Source of the DNA: a virus | IMG/VR virus record: IMGVR_UViG_3300034198_017889 | Coordinates: 39,845-103,844 of that record | Direction: 5' to 3' (one strand) | Length of the DNA: 64,000 nucleotides | In this document: one piece after another, positions 49,302-58,183 of the stretch | How the letters are laid out: each line of letters starts with the position of its first letter | Numbering within the stretch: the stretch's first letter is position 1 | Program-made: the position numbers and the translations under genes | The notes under the pieces: generated by a model | What the model was told of the DNA's origin: nothing | Databases searched by the model: none | Seen by the model: the letters and a program-made list of their open reading frames with translations, nothing else

Positions 49302-49856
49302 ATGAAAACAACAGTACAGGACAGTGTATTCTTTTGTCTAGGTAAAACAACAGACTCAAAGGACTACGCTGTCCTGGGGCTGTTGAATATCGACATATGT
49401 GAAGATGCTATAACCTATCCATTCAAACTAAGGTATGACCTAGGGTCACATAAAATATTATCAAGAAGCTATGATCGTGTATATATGATACCGGCCTGGC
49501 TGGATAAGAAATATGGTATGGACTATATAACAATAGATACTGAACTCTCAAGGGATGATTTCTATTCACTATTAGCCATGCCTGAAGAAGATAGGCCTGG
49601 GGTTATACTTAACAATGAGAAAGAAAGCATGATTATTCAGTACCCTATGAAATTCAAGGCTGAGGCAGAGCCTGATATAGTGATGATGATTAGCGATGGT
49701 AAGGTATACGAACGTTCCGATATACCTACGAACAACTGGAGTGAGACGGAATTAGACCCATCAAATTCTGTATCACAATTTATAAACCATATGATTAGTT
49801 CAATGGGTTTAACACCAATCGAAATACAAAACCTAATTAACGAAGATGAACAATAA
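49302..49856 (+). CDS. Hypothetical protein
   Basis: ORF in operon. Confidence 0.65.
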   Translation: MKTTVQDSVFFCLGKTTDSKDYAVLGLLNIDICEDAITYPFKLRYDLGSHKILSRSYDRVYMIPAWLDKKYGMDYITIDTELSRDDFYSLLAMPEEDRPGVILNNEKESMIIQYPMKFKAEAEPDIVMMISDGKVYERSDIPTNNWSETELDPSNSVSQFINHMISSMGLTPIEIQNLINEDEQ

Positions 49857-50076
49857 AGAAAAAAAACAACATATATTTGCATTAAATACGCATGATTTTG
49901 CTAAAACATCAGCTACTTACAGTGTGGAACTGGAGAGTCAGTGTACACTTGATGATTGCATAGAAGCGTTCAGTAACTTCCTAACATCAGTAGGTTACGT
50001 GTTCCCGACCGGAGCAACCCTTGGTTTTGAGTACGAGGAAGAGCTTGTAGAGACCACGGAGGATCCACATGAGTGA
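49846..50076 (+). CDS. Hypothetical protein
   Basis: LDDxIExFxxFLxxVGY motif common in phage small proteins. Confidence 0.65.
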   Translation: MNNKEKKQHIFALNTHDFAKTSATYSVELESQCTLDDCIEAFSNFLTSVGYVFPTGATLGFEYEEELVETTEDPHE

Positions 50077-52753
50077 AAATAAAGTAGAGGTAAAACCAAG
50101 AGGTGGTGTGGGAGCTAAATACATGATTGTGTTTAGCCACCCAACCAAGGATGACTTACAGGTAGCCCATTTCGGAAGAAGTGGTGGTTCTGCTATGGAG
50201 GTTATGGATGCCCTACATGCTGCCGGAATAGCTGAGGAAGAATGCTTCTTTACCGGCATGATCAGAAACGGAATAGGTAGCAAGTCAAAGCCAGGAGCAG
50301 AGGATATTGAATTCTGGGCAACCAAGCTTGATGAAGAGATTGAAGCTATCAAGCCTCAACTAATTATTAGCTTGGGTGCAGAGGTATTCAAGAGGTTGAT
50401 GAAAACCAACATGAAGGTAGGAGACTACCTTGGTGAGATCATCGACTCTCCGTATGGAAAACTACTAGCAAATTATTCTGCTGGTATGGTCACTGTGCAG
50501 GATCCCACAAAGCGTCCAGAGTTCCAGGACATATTCCATCTAGCCAAGAGAGCAGTTGATAATGACCTGAAATATGACAAGTTTATATACAGGATTGTTG
50601 ACGACCCAGAAGAGAACATAGCCATACTTAATAAATATATAGAGAAGGGCATGTTCTCGGTAGGGTATGACGCTGAGTGGTTTGGCTCTAAATTTACTGA
50701 TGACGAAGTTATGTATGAGTTTCAATATAGCTGCGAGAAGGATATCGCTATCATATTGAACATCTCAAAAGACGGAATCACAGAGAATAAGGAGCTATTA
50801 GACACAATGAAAATACTCCTGGAACATCCTAAAGCTGATCGTCTAGGTTGGAACATAAGAGCTGACGACCTGAGACTTACATACAGAGGTTTCAAATTAG
50901 AGGACTCTACACTAGGGTTTGATGGTATGAAGGCTGTTGCTTTCTTTGATTCCAGAATGAGTAAAGGACTGGATACAGGCATCAAGAAGTTTACAAACTA
51001 TGAGCCATATTACGTACCTTTCTACAGGAAACTAAAAGAGCACAAACTAGCCAAGAATGAACTAGCAAAACTCAAGTTCTTTGAACCTGAGGTATACTAC
51101 AATTATTGTGCTGGTGATGCCGTGAGTCATAGAGAGGCCTGCCTTAACATGCGTAGGGATTTCCCAAAAGATGTTTGGGGGTACTATAGTACAGTATATC
51201 TCCCTCTCACGAATTACTTCTTGGATATGGAGCTCACAGGCATACCTATCGACATGGATGTATTGAATGAGATCACTGAGAAATACATGAATAAGTATAA
51301 CGAACTCAGAGGCGAACTAACCCAGTTCATGGCTGAGAAGTTCGACATACAGGAGTTCAATCCAAATTCTTCTCTACAGAAGAAGGAATTCTTGTTCGAC
51401 GTACTAAATTTACCTCCAGCGTTCTATACAAAGGCAGGTAAATCTCCAAAGCCTAAGTCTTGGTATGATCGTCAAAAGCCTCAGACCCAGAAGTTATTCT
51501 CTCCTTCAACAAATGGTAAGTCACTTTCCACGATGAAGTTTGAGCTCGAAGAGGTTATGCAAAATCACGACAACGAAGATCTTAAAACAAAACATCGTGC
51601 GGTAGAGCTTCTTCTGAACATATCCAAGATTGGTGTGTTCGCTACAAAGTTCTTATCTAAGAAAGGTGTGGTATCAGATGAAATTGAGGTAGAGGAGGGT
51701 GAAGAGGAAGAGCCATTAAAGCAGAGTTATTGGGCAGCGATTGCGAAAGATGGAAGAGTTCATGCTAGCTTCTTTGAGCTACTTAAAAACTTCAGATCGT
51801 CCAGCTCACCTAATGTACAGAATCCTGCGTCAAAAGTGTTGGCACATATTCCTAATATCTTCGTTCCTGGGTATAACACCATGAGTAAAGATGATCAGGC
51901 GTTGCACAGTTCAAAGCTTCCGGCAAACATAAGAAACATCTTCTATGCAGGTGACCCTGATTACAACTGGGTAGAGCTTGATATTGCTGGTGCAGACTTG
52001 GCTATTATGGCGTTCCTTAGTGGAGATCCTCTCTTTATCAAAGATATTAGAGCAGGTAATTTCCATCAAACTAAGATGCGTGAATACTTCCAGGATCCTT
52101 CACTCACAAAGAAAGAAGTTTCAAAATATGTTATTGCTAAGAGTATTACATTCCGTGTTTCATACACTGCAGGTTTAGATCATGCGGCAGAACCAATCCA
52201 GGCTGAGATTTATGCTGAGAATGGATTGAGTGTTCCTATTAATCTAATCCAGTATGCGTTGAATACTTGGAAGCGATATGAAACATATATGGACTATAGG
52301 GCCCAGTGTAATGCTGAGGTAGAAGAGCATGAGAGAATATCTTGTGCTCGTGGAATGCGTTTGAGCTATGAGAAGACTGACAACTTTGGTATCAAGGCAG
52401 GCTGGTTAAACGAAAGTTTGGCTTTTCCTGTTGCTACAGAGTTGGCATGTATGATGTGGGAAGCATCTGTTAATGTTAGAAAGCTGCTCAAGTCAGAAGG
52501 ATTGTGGATGAAATATATTTACCCTGTAAATGTAGTCCATGATGCTAATTATTGGGTAGCCCACAAGGATCTCATGAAAGGAAACTACTTACCTGAGTTA
52601 CTAAGATATGTGTTTTGTAAGCAAACCACAATCGCCACAGGTGACAATCTAGGTTGTGAACTCGTGGTTAGTGACCGTTGGAAGGGTAAGAAAGTCTTTG
52701 AAAAGGAGACAGTATGGAATAACACCACTAATGAGTGGGAATGGGCTAAATAA
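50069..52753 (+). CDS. polA: Family A DNA polymerase with N-terminal UDG-like domain and 3'-5' exonuclease
   Basis: EIEAIKPQLIISLG (UDG-4 fold); YDAE/GWNIRADD/YCAGD exo motifs; ME.TG; FNPNS; PNVQN; LDIAGAD; AKSITF; VHD. Confidence 0.88.
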   Translation: MSENKVEVKPRGGVGAKYMIVFSHPTKDDLQVAHFGRSGGSAMEVMDALHAAGIAEEECFFTGMIRNGIGSKSKPGAEDIEFWATKLDEEIEAIKPQLIISLGAEVFKRLMKTNMKVGDYLGEIIDSPYGKLLANYSAGMVTVQDPTKRPEFQDIFHLAKRAVDNDLKYDKFIYRIVDDPEENIAILNKYIEKGMFSVGYDAEWFGSKFTDDEVMYEFQYSCEKDIAIILNISKDGITENKELLDTMKILLEHPKADRLGWNIRADDLRLTYRGFKLEDSTLGFDGMKAVAFFDSRMSKGLDTGIKKFTNYEPYYVPFYRKLKEHKLAKNELAKLKFFEPEVYYNYCAGDAVSHREACLNMRRDFPKDVWGYYSTVYLPLTNYFLDMELTGIPIDMDVLNEITEKYMNKYNELRGELTQFMAEKFDIQEFNPNSSLQKKEFLFDVLNLPPAFYTKAGKSPKPKSWYDRQKPQTQKLFSPSTNGKSLSTMKFELEEVMQNHDNEDLKTKHRAVELLLNISKIGVFATKFLSKKGVVSDEIEVEEGEEEEPLKQSYWAAIAKDGRVHASFFELLKNFRSSSSPNVQNPASKVLAHIPNIFVPGYNTMSKDDQALHSSKLPANIRNIFYAGDPDYNWVELDIAGADLAIMAFLSGDPLFIKDIRAGNFHQTKMREYFQDPSLTKKEVSKYVIAKSITFRVSYTAGLDHAAEPIQAEIYAENGLSVPINLIQYALNTWKRYETYMDYRAQCNAEVEEHERISCARGMRLSYEKTDNFGIKAGWLNESLAFPVATELACMMWEASVNVRKLLKSEGLWMKYIYPVNVVHDANYWVAHKDLMKGNYLPELLRYVFCKQTTIATGDNLGCELVVSDRWKGKKVFEKETVWNNTTNEWEWAK

Positions 52754-52755
52754 AA

Positions 52756-52962
52756 TTGAATACACAAAAGGTAACAAAACATACATCGTTAACCCTAGAC
52801 ACATGCCCTTGCTGCGGAAGCAACAATGTATGCGTCTGGGAGACTGAGAATGAGAGTCACACACACAAGGTCAAGGTTGCCACCTGCGAAAGCTGTAAAT
52901 TTGAAAGCTCAACCAGCCAAAAATTGAAAAGTGGCTACGCCGGACAATACAACTACCTATAA
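52756..52962 (+). CDS. Small Zn-ribbon protein
   Basis: CPCC...CESC; TTG start. Confidence 0.5.
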   Translation: MNTQKVTKHTSLTLDTCPCCGSNNVCVWETENESHTHKVKVATCESCKFESSTSQKLKSGYAGQYNYL

Positions 52963-53696
52963 TGCAGAATAGACTGATTAGTTTAAAATTATCAGAAAAT
53001 AGAAAAACTAGGTTCCATAAGGAGCACAAGAATACATTCGGACTAAAAACAGGTAAACCTGAAGATGGTGGAACCTGTCCAGGAGCAACAGAGGGTGATG
53101 GTGGATGCCTAGGTATCTGCTACGCCTGTACCACTAGCAGGATATACAAGAACTACAAGAAGGTGGAGGACTACAATACCGACATCCTAATGAGAGCTGA
53201 CTACGATCTGAAGGTGGAGGTGATTAGAAATACAGTTATGAAGTTTCTTCTTAATGGAGGAAACAAGAAACAGTATTTCCGGTTACACATGGGTGGTGAC
53301 TTCTTTAACGAGGAGTACACCAGAGCATGGGCATATGTAATGAAGGAGTGGCCTAGCGTTAAATTCTGGGGATATACCAGATCAATGTTTGCCCTACCTA
53401 TCCTTGCGGAGGTCAAAAACATGTCTGTTTACCTGAGCTGTGATCCAGTCAATAAGGAAGAAGTATTAGAAGCTTATGAGCCTTATAAGGATTATCCGAA
53501 TGTGGGTATAGCCTGGATGGGGAATAATTTCCCTGAAGAGCTTATATCAGACAGAGAATACCTAGCATGCCCAGCAGTAAAGGGTCAGGTTAAGAGTACA
53601 AAAGATTACGGAGCCTGCAGTCGTTGCAGGGCTTGCATTGACCGCCCTCTCAAGAGCGGAATGATGCGGCATATACAATTTCCTATCCACAGATAG
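52962..53696 (+). CDS. Gp88-like (radical-SAM-related) protein
   Basis: TCPGAT...C...CYA; FRLHMGGDF; FWGYTR; CP...CxxCxxC. Confidence 0.8.
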   Translation: MQNRLISLKLSENRKTRFHKEHKNTFGLKTGKPEDGGTCPGATEGDGGCLGICYACTTSRIYKNYKKVEDYNTDILMRADYDLKVEVIRNTVMKFLLNGGNKKQYFRLHMGGDFFNEEYTRAWAYVMKEWPSVKFWGYTRSMFALPILAEVKNMSVYLSCDPVNKEEVLEAYEPYKDYPNVGIAWMGNNFPEELISDREYLACPAVKGQVKSTKDYGACSRCRACIDRPLKSGMMRHIQFPIHR

Positions 53697-53757
53697 GAGA
53701 AACAAAAGAAATAAAGTCCCCATCCACAGTGACCGGGACGCAACAACACACGTTAGT

Positions 53758-54276
53758 ATGAAAGTAAAAATCGACACAAACAAACTACGCAGCACAGTTA
53801 TCAATGGAGAAGTCGCCTATTTCATGGACGACCTAAATGTTGATCGCAAGAAGGTGGAAGTAGTATCCAAGGGTGGTTACTATGTGAAGCCTGTGTTCAC
53901 TACCGAGGGAGTACGTCAGAAGCTAGGCTCACCAGCTCAGGTTCTAAAGCGTGCGCTCAAGGAGCAGATCAAGAGCTTGGTAGAAAACTATGCCGAGGGG
54001 GAGATTGCTCGTAGAGGTCTCACACCAGAGCAGGTAAAAGCATCAGACCGTTTGGAGCATAGAAATGCCTACAAGGCGCTCTACAGTGAGTTTGATCGCC
54101 AGATGCGTATCGAGTTGGGAAATCAGGGTATTTCCCTGGAAGAGATTGGTCTAGGAATTGCCAAAAATACAACAGGCAAGTCCTATATCGAGCGTATATC
54201 AGCTGCGGGTCACCTGGAGAATCTCCAGATTGTGGCACGTGAGCTTTTTGGTAAGTCAGTAAACAACGTCGGTTAA
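53758..54276 (+). CDS. Hypothetical, possibly DNA-binding
   Basis: ORF 172 aa directly upstream of the Ubl gene. Confidence 0.6.
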   Translation: MKVKIDTNKLRSTVINGEVAYFMDDLNVDRKKVEVVSKGGYYVKPVFTTEGVRQKLGSPAQVLKRALKEQIKSLVENYAEGEIARRGLTPEQVKASDRLEHRNAYKALYSEFDRQMRIELGNQGISLEEIGLGIAKNTTGKSYIERISAAGHLENLQIVARELFGKSVNNVG

Positions 54277-54303
54277 AAAACAACAACAAACACACATTAG
54301 TAT

Positions 54304-54567
54304 ATGGAAAAGAAATACACCATCAAGATCAGCGACAACACAGGCCACACCGAACTCATGGAGCAGTCCGTGGGTGAAGCAGTGAGCGCAATCACCGAGA
54401 AGGTGGCACAACACGCCCATTGGGTTTGGGTTGATGGCCAGCTCTTTGAGTTCGATAAGGGTGAGGCTACCTCCCCAGGTAACCAGCAGAAGCTACAGGC
54501 CCGCCTTGAGGCAGCTCAGGACCAGAACATCGTGCTTTCCGGTACGCTTGTTGGTGGTTCTAAATAA
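54304..54567 (+). CDS. Ubiquitin-like (beta-grasp) protein with capped di-Gly
   Basis: 87 aa; N-terminal beta-hairpin YTIKISDNTGHTEL, helix, WVWVDGQ (cf. VxVNG of ThiS/MoaD), C-terminal IVLSGTLVGG-SK; E1 and JAB genes nearby. Confidence 0.72.
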   Translation: MEKKYTIKISDNTGHTELMEQSVGEAVSAITEKVAQHAHWVWVDGQLFEFDKGEATSPGNQQKLQARLEAAQDQNIVLSGTLVGGSK

Positions 54568-54587
54568 GGTTTAAAAACCTACAAACT

Positions 54588-54617
54588 ATGGGGACGGAGT
54601 CCAATCCTCCTCCCCGT
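54588..54617 (+). promoter_or_regulatory. Hairpin after the Ubl gene (attenuator/stabiliser)
   Basis: ATGGGGA-CGGAG/CTCC-TCCCCGT. Confidence 0.45.
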
Positions 54618-54647
54618 AAAAACTACAAAATACAACCATACACATAC

Positions 54648-56714
54648 ATGGAAATCTCTGTTAAAAAATTCAAAACATTTGTTAATACATTTAATAAACT
54701 AAGTAAGTTCGTAAACCAAGGGACTGTTGATTTCCCCTCAGACTACTCAAAGGCTAGACATGACGGTAGTGATAACCCGTATGATAATGCTTTCTCGATG
54801 GTTATTAAAAATCTAAAGTTTAAGACTATTGCCGCAGCATTTAATTACACAAAAGTAGGTTCAATCACAGCAAATGGACTTGAAATAGCCCCACTACACA
54901 ACGACCGCAATAAAAGTGGTACTATAGGAAAGCGATTCTATGAATCTTGTACATACGGTAATGCAGGTAAGTTAGCAATAGCCAAACCGATTAATGAGGA
55001 TCCGGAGGTTATAGCTAAGAATTTTAAGAGCATGCGTTTTATCCCTAAGACAATTCCCAAGGATGTAAAGATGCCATATATTATTCAACACGCCCCATTC
55101 GAGGTAATGGAGGGAAATCATACATATAGAATCTTAAACACAGCCAAACACAATTCACATGTGCTAACAATTGGACGTGATGATGAGCCTATATATGACT
55201 ACCTGGATAAAGGATTCTTTATTCGTGGTGTTAAGGAGGTAACTCCTAGTGGAAAAGAAACACGGCACATGATGGTGACCAACGAACTTAATGTGCACTC
55301 TATGCATATCTTTGTGATGGTTACCATGCAGCCTAAGCTTTGCACTATGCTAAAGAATGGTTGCTTCGTTCATTCAGAAGATTCTCAGATGATGCGTCTC
55401 AAGATGGAGAAGAAACTACTTCCTAAACATAAGAAGAAGTATGATGAGGTACGTGCGTTTATCGAGAAAGACTACCAGAGCAATACATCCCTATTGGTGG
55501 TAAACAAAGTCAAAAATGGCGAAATTGAGAAAGCAGGTATCAATGATATCTCTATAGGCAAAGATTCAGCCCAATACGAGAACATCAGAGTAGAAGCACC
55601 AGACTTATTAGAAGTTCTCTATGACAAGCTGAACTTTGGTGGTGAGTTTGATATCTACTCTATTATTGAGACTTACACAGAAGCTTTCCAGAAGAAGGTA
55701 ACAGATTTATCTGTGGACGCTGGAACTTTCGAATTCCCTATAATCAAGATCAATGGTTTTGATATTGCGGTAACAAAGAACAGCTCTGGAGTACGCAAGG
55801 TTAACGGAAAGCGAATCAATAGCACGGAAATTAAAGATGTAATATATCGTGCAAGTTGCCATCATAATCTTGATGAATATAACTTATTCGTTCGCCGTAT
55901 CTCAAAGATGAGTCTACGTTGGCATGATGCTATTGCTAATGGTATACAAGTAAAGATCCACAGCAATATCACTCGCGAGGAATACAAGAGTGATACACCC
56001 AGCACTGATGCTCCAGCTATTAAGTTCTGGATCGACCCAGCTGCTAAGTGTATTAAGATACGCACAGAAGACACTGACGGAGGAAAGGTATCTCTAGGCA
56101 GACTTCTTGATAAGGTTGGGACCATCAACAAGAAAACCAATGAAGGCTGGTCTTATAAACTAGGAGAAACCCGTAATTATCGTTGGGCTCGTAAGGAGCT
56201 CGTCAGAGCAATTCGGGACTGCTGTACGTTCACAAAGACCACCACCAAGGAAGATGGTACAGCAGAAACCTCTACCTGGACCACCGTGACCAAGGAGGAC
56301 ATTGCTAAACTTATCGAGGTAGCTGATGAGGCTAAGAAGAAAGCCATTGAGAGAAGCAAAGCATTCCTGGATGGAGCAGTTAAGACCACAGGAGCAGAGT
56401 TAATTGAGTTCTTAGGTAAAAAGGCATACAAGGTGAAGGGTGGACTCAGGGAGTACGCCATCATTGTGGAGTCTGCTAAGGTATATGACTTCAACACCAA
56501 ACAATATCGTTGCATTGTTAACGATAACCACTTCCGTGGTGCTGGTTATGATGACATTGCTGCTCGCCTATATGTTCTCAAAAACGACTCTGTGATGCAG
56601 GACAAGATCGGTACACTCAAAGGTGCGGCACAGCCTCAGTATGAGAATCATCATAATGATTATCAGCCTGAACGCACCATCGAGGATATTATTGATCAGA
56701 TTGACCTAGCCTAA
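54648..56714 (+). CDS. Large uncharacterised protein (688 aa), candidate E2-like/substrate of the Ubl system
   Basis: Start after AC-rich leader; C-terminal VKGxLRxY...YRCIV...DDIAARLYVLKND. Role is inferred from position. Confidence 0.5.
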   Translation: MEISVKKFKTFVNTFNKLSKFVNQGTVDFPSDYSKARHDGSDNPYDNAFSMVIKNLKFKTIAAAFNYTKVGSITANGLEIAPLHNDRNKSGTIGKRFYESCTYGNAGKLAIAKPINEDPEVIAKNFKSMRFIPKTIPKDVKMPYIIQHAPFEVMEGNHTYRILNTAKHNSHVLTIGRDDEPIYDYLDKGFFIRGVKEVTPSGKETRHMMVTNELNVHSMHIFVMVTMQPKLCTMLKNGCFVHSEDSQMMRLKMEKKLLPKHKKKYDEVRAFIEKDYQSNTSLLVVNKVKNGEIEKAGINDISIGKDSAQYENIRVEAPDLLEVLYDKLNFGGEFDIYSIIETYTEAFQKKVTDLSVDAGTFEFPIIKINGFDIAVTKNSSGVRKVNGKRINSTEIKDVIYRASCHHNLDEYNLFVRRISKMSLRWHDAIANGIQVKIHSNITREEYKSDTPSTDAPAIKFWIDPAAKCIKIRTEDTDGGKVSLGRLLDKVGTINKKTNEGWSYKLGETRNYRWARKELVRAIRDCCTFTKTTTKEDGTAETSTWTTVTKEDIAKLIEVADEAKKKAIERSKAFLDGAVKTTGAELIEFLGKKAYKVKGGLREYAIIVESAKVYDFNTKQYRCIVNDNHFRGAGYDDIAARLYVLKNDSVMQDKIGTLKGAAQPQYENHHNDYQPERTIEDIIDQIDLA

Positions 56715-56804
56715 TAATTTAGTGGGGTACAACCTTTTGCGGTCGGATTGTATTAAACGAGGATGGCCTGTATAGTCACGCCCCACTAAACATTAATAAT
56801 AACG

Positions 56805-57059
56805 ATGAAAAAGCTAAATAAATCGAAACAAAAAAGCAAATCAACTAAACTTGGATTTAAAATAAACCCGCTGGAATCGGTGCATGTTAAGTTAGGCGGA
56901 TCTTGGTTAACCCCTTTTATAAGGGTGGGGACCACGGGTCAGGATGAAATATACAAGCTACTTAAAATTGCAAGAAGTGCCCCGAATGATCGCAAGGTAG
57001 CCCAAAGAAAACGCACAAACTTCGCAAATAGTGATTATTACGGAGCTTACGAAGAATAA
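56805..57059 (+). CDS. Hypothetical basic protein
   Basis: ORF 84 aa. Confidence 0.55.
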   Translation: MKKLNKSKQKSKSTKLGFKINPLESVHVKLGGSWLTPFIRVGTTGQDEIYKLLKIARSAPNDRKVAQRKRTNFANSDYYGAYEE

Positions 57060-57077
57060 ACAACCAACACACACAAT

Positions 57078-57704
57078 ATGAAAACATATATCATAGATAT
57101 TGAAACCGAGCCCCTCAGCCGTGAGGAGCTCAAAGCATTCGTACCTGAATTCAAGGCAGATAGTCGCCTAAAGGATCCGGTTAAAATCGCAGAAGACCTA
57201 CTCTCAAAAGAGTCAGCGTTCTATACCAAAGCAACCCTGAACGCATTAACTTCTAAGGTTTGTGCAATCGGTATCTGGGATGTGAGCCAGCCTGAACCTC
57301 AGCTTCTTTGCGGTGGAGATGAGGAGAAGCTAATCAACACCTTTGGAGATCTACTAAAGGATAAGAGCAAGTTCATCACCTTTAATGGTGCTGGGTTTGA
57401 TATTCCATTCCTGTGTCGCCGTGGTCTTAAGTACGGTAAGGACTTCTTCTCGAAGTTCTTTCGTATTGATGGCGGTTTAAGCTATGATGCTCCTCTTATT
57501 GATCTTGCAGCTATGTGGGATTGTCGTAGGAAGGACTATACTAGTCTTAACGAGCTTGCGCTCCACCTGGGTGTGGGAAGCAAGGAGAAGGGTGAAGAAC
57601 TCTTCTACCAGACATGGAATAGAGATCAGGCAGAAGCAAAAGCCTATCTACGTAATGACCTGGATCTCACAAAGAAGATTGCCAAGAAGTGGGGAATCAT
57701 TTAA
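57078..57704 (+). CDS. DEDDy 3'-5' exonuclease (PolB-exo2-like)
   Basis: DIET, TFNGAGFDIPFL, YLRND. Confidence 0.88.
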   Translation: MKTYIIDIETEPLSREELKAFVPEFKADSRLKDPVKIAEDLLSKESAFYTKATLNALTSKVCAIGIWDVSQPEPQLLCGGDEEKLINTFGDLLKDKSKFITFNGAGFDIPFLCRRGLKYGKDFFSKFFRIDGGLSYDAPLIDLAAMWDCRRKDYTSLNELALHLGVGSKEKGEELFYQTWNRDQAEAKAYLRNDLDLTKKIAKKWGII

Positions 57705-58183
57705 TGGCCATAACGTACGATACATCAAACAATATGGGCCTTATTAAACAGATAAATAAAAGACTATCCCGTGTTATCACAGGTGCTGCTATGGAGTGTC
57801 GTCGGAACACGGAAGAAGAAGGTGGAATAGTCCTGACTCGAAAGGGTCAGGACTTCATCTTTGTTAAAGTTAAAAATCTCCACGAGGGTGAGCCAACGGC
57901 ATATGGATTATATGTTGCTGATCCCGAGGAGTTTGGACAAAAAGTGATACCTATGATTGGTGCGGGTTGGGAAATGTATGCGAGTTTTCACACTCACCCA
58001 CAGTTCTCACCTCTACCTAGTCAGTTGGACTACGATAAGTTGTTCCAGGGTTTCAAGTATAACTACATCTTCTCTAACCGAGATCGTGAGTTTTCATGCT
58101 CTGAGTGGTCAGCACAAAAAGACCTTCACACATTCACAATTAAACTAGAATCATTAATATACCTAACTAACTACAATGACTAA
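57704..58183 (+). CDS. JAB/MPN+ (JAMM) metallo-isopeptidase
   Basis: EEGGIVL...FHTHP...PSQLD = E..HxH..PSxxD; start coupled to the exonuclease stop (TAATG). Confidence 0.9.
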   Translation: MAITYDTSNNMGLIKQINKRLSRVITGAAMECRRNTEEEGGIVLTRKGQDFIFVKVKNLHEGEPTAYGLYVADPEEFGQKVIPMIGAGWEMYASFHTHPQFSPLPSQLDYDKLFQGFKYNYIFSNRDREFSCSEWSAQKDLHTFTIKLESLIYLTNYND

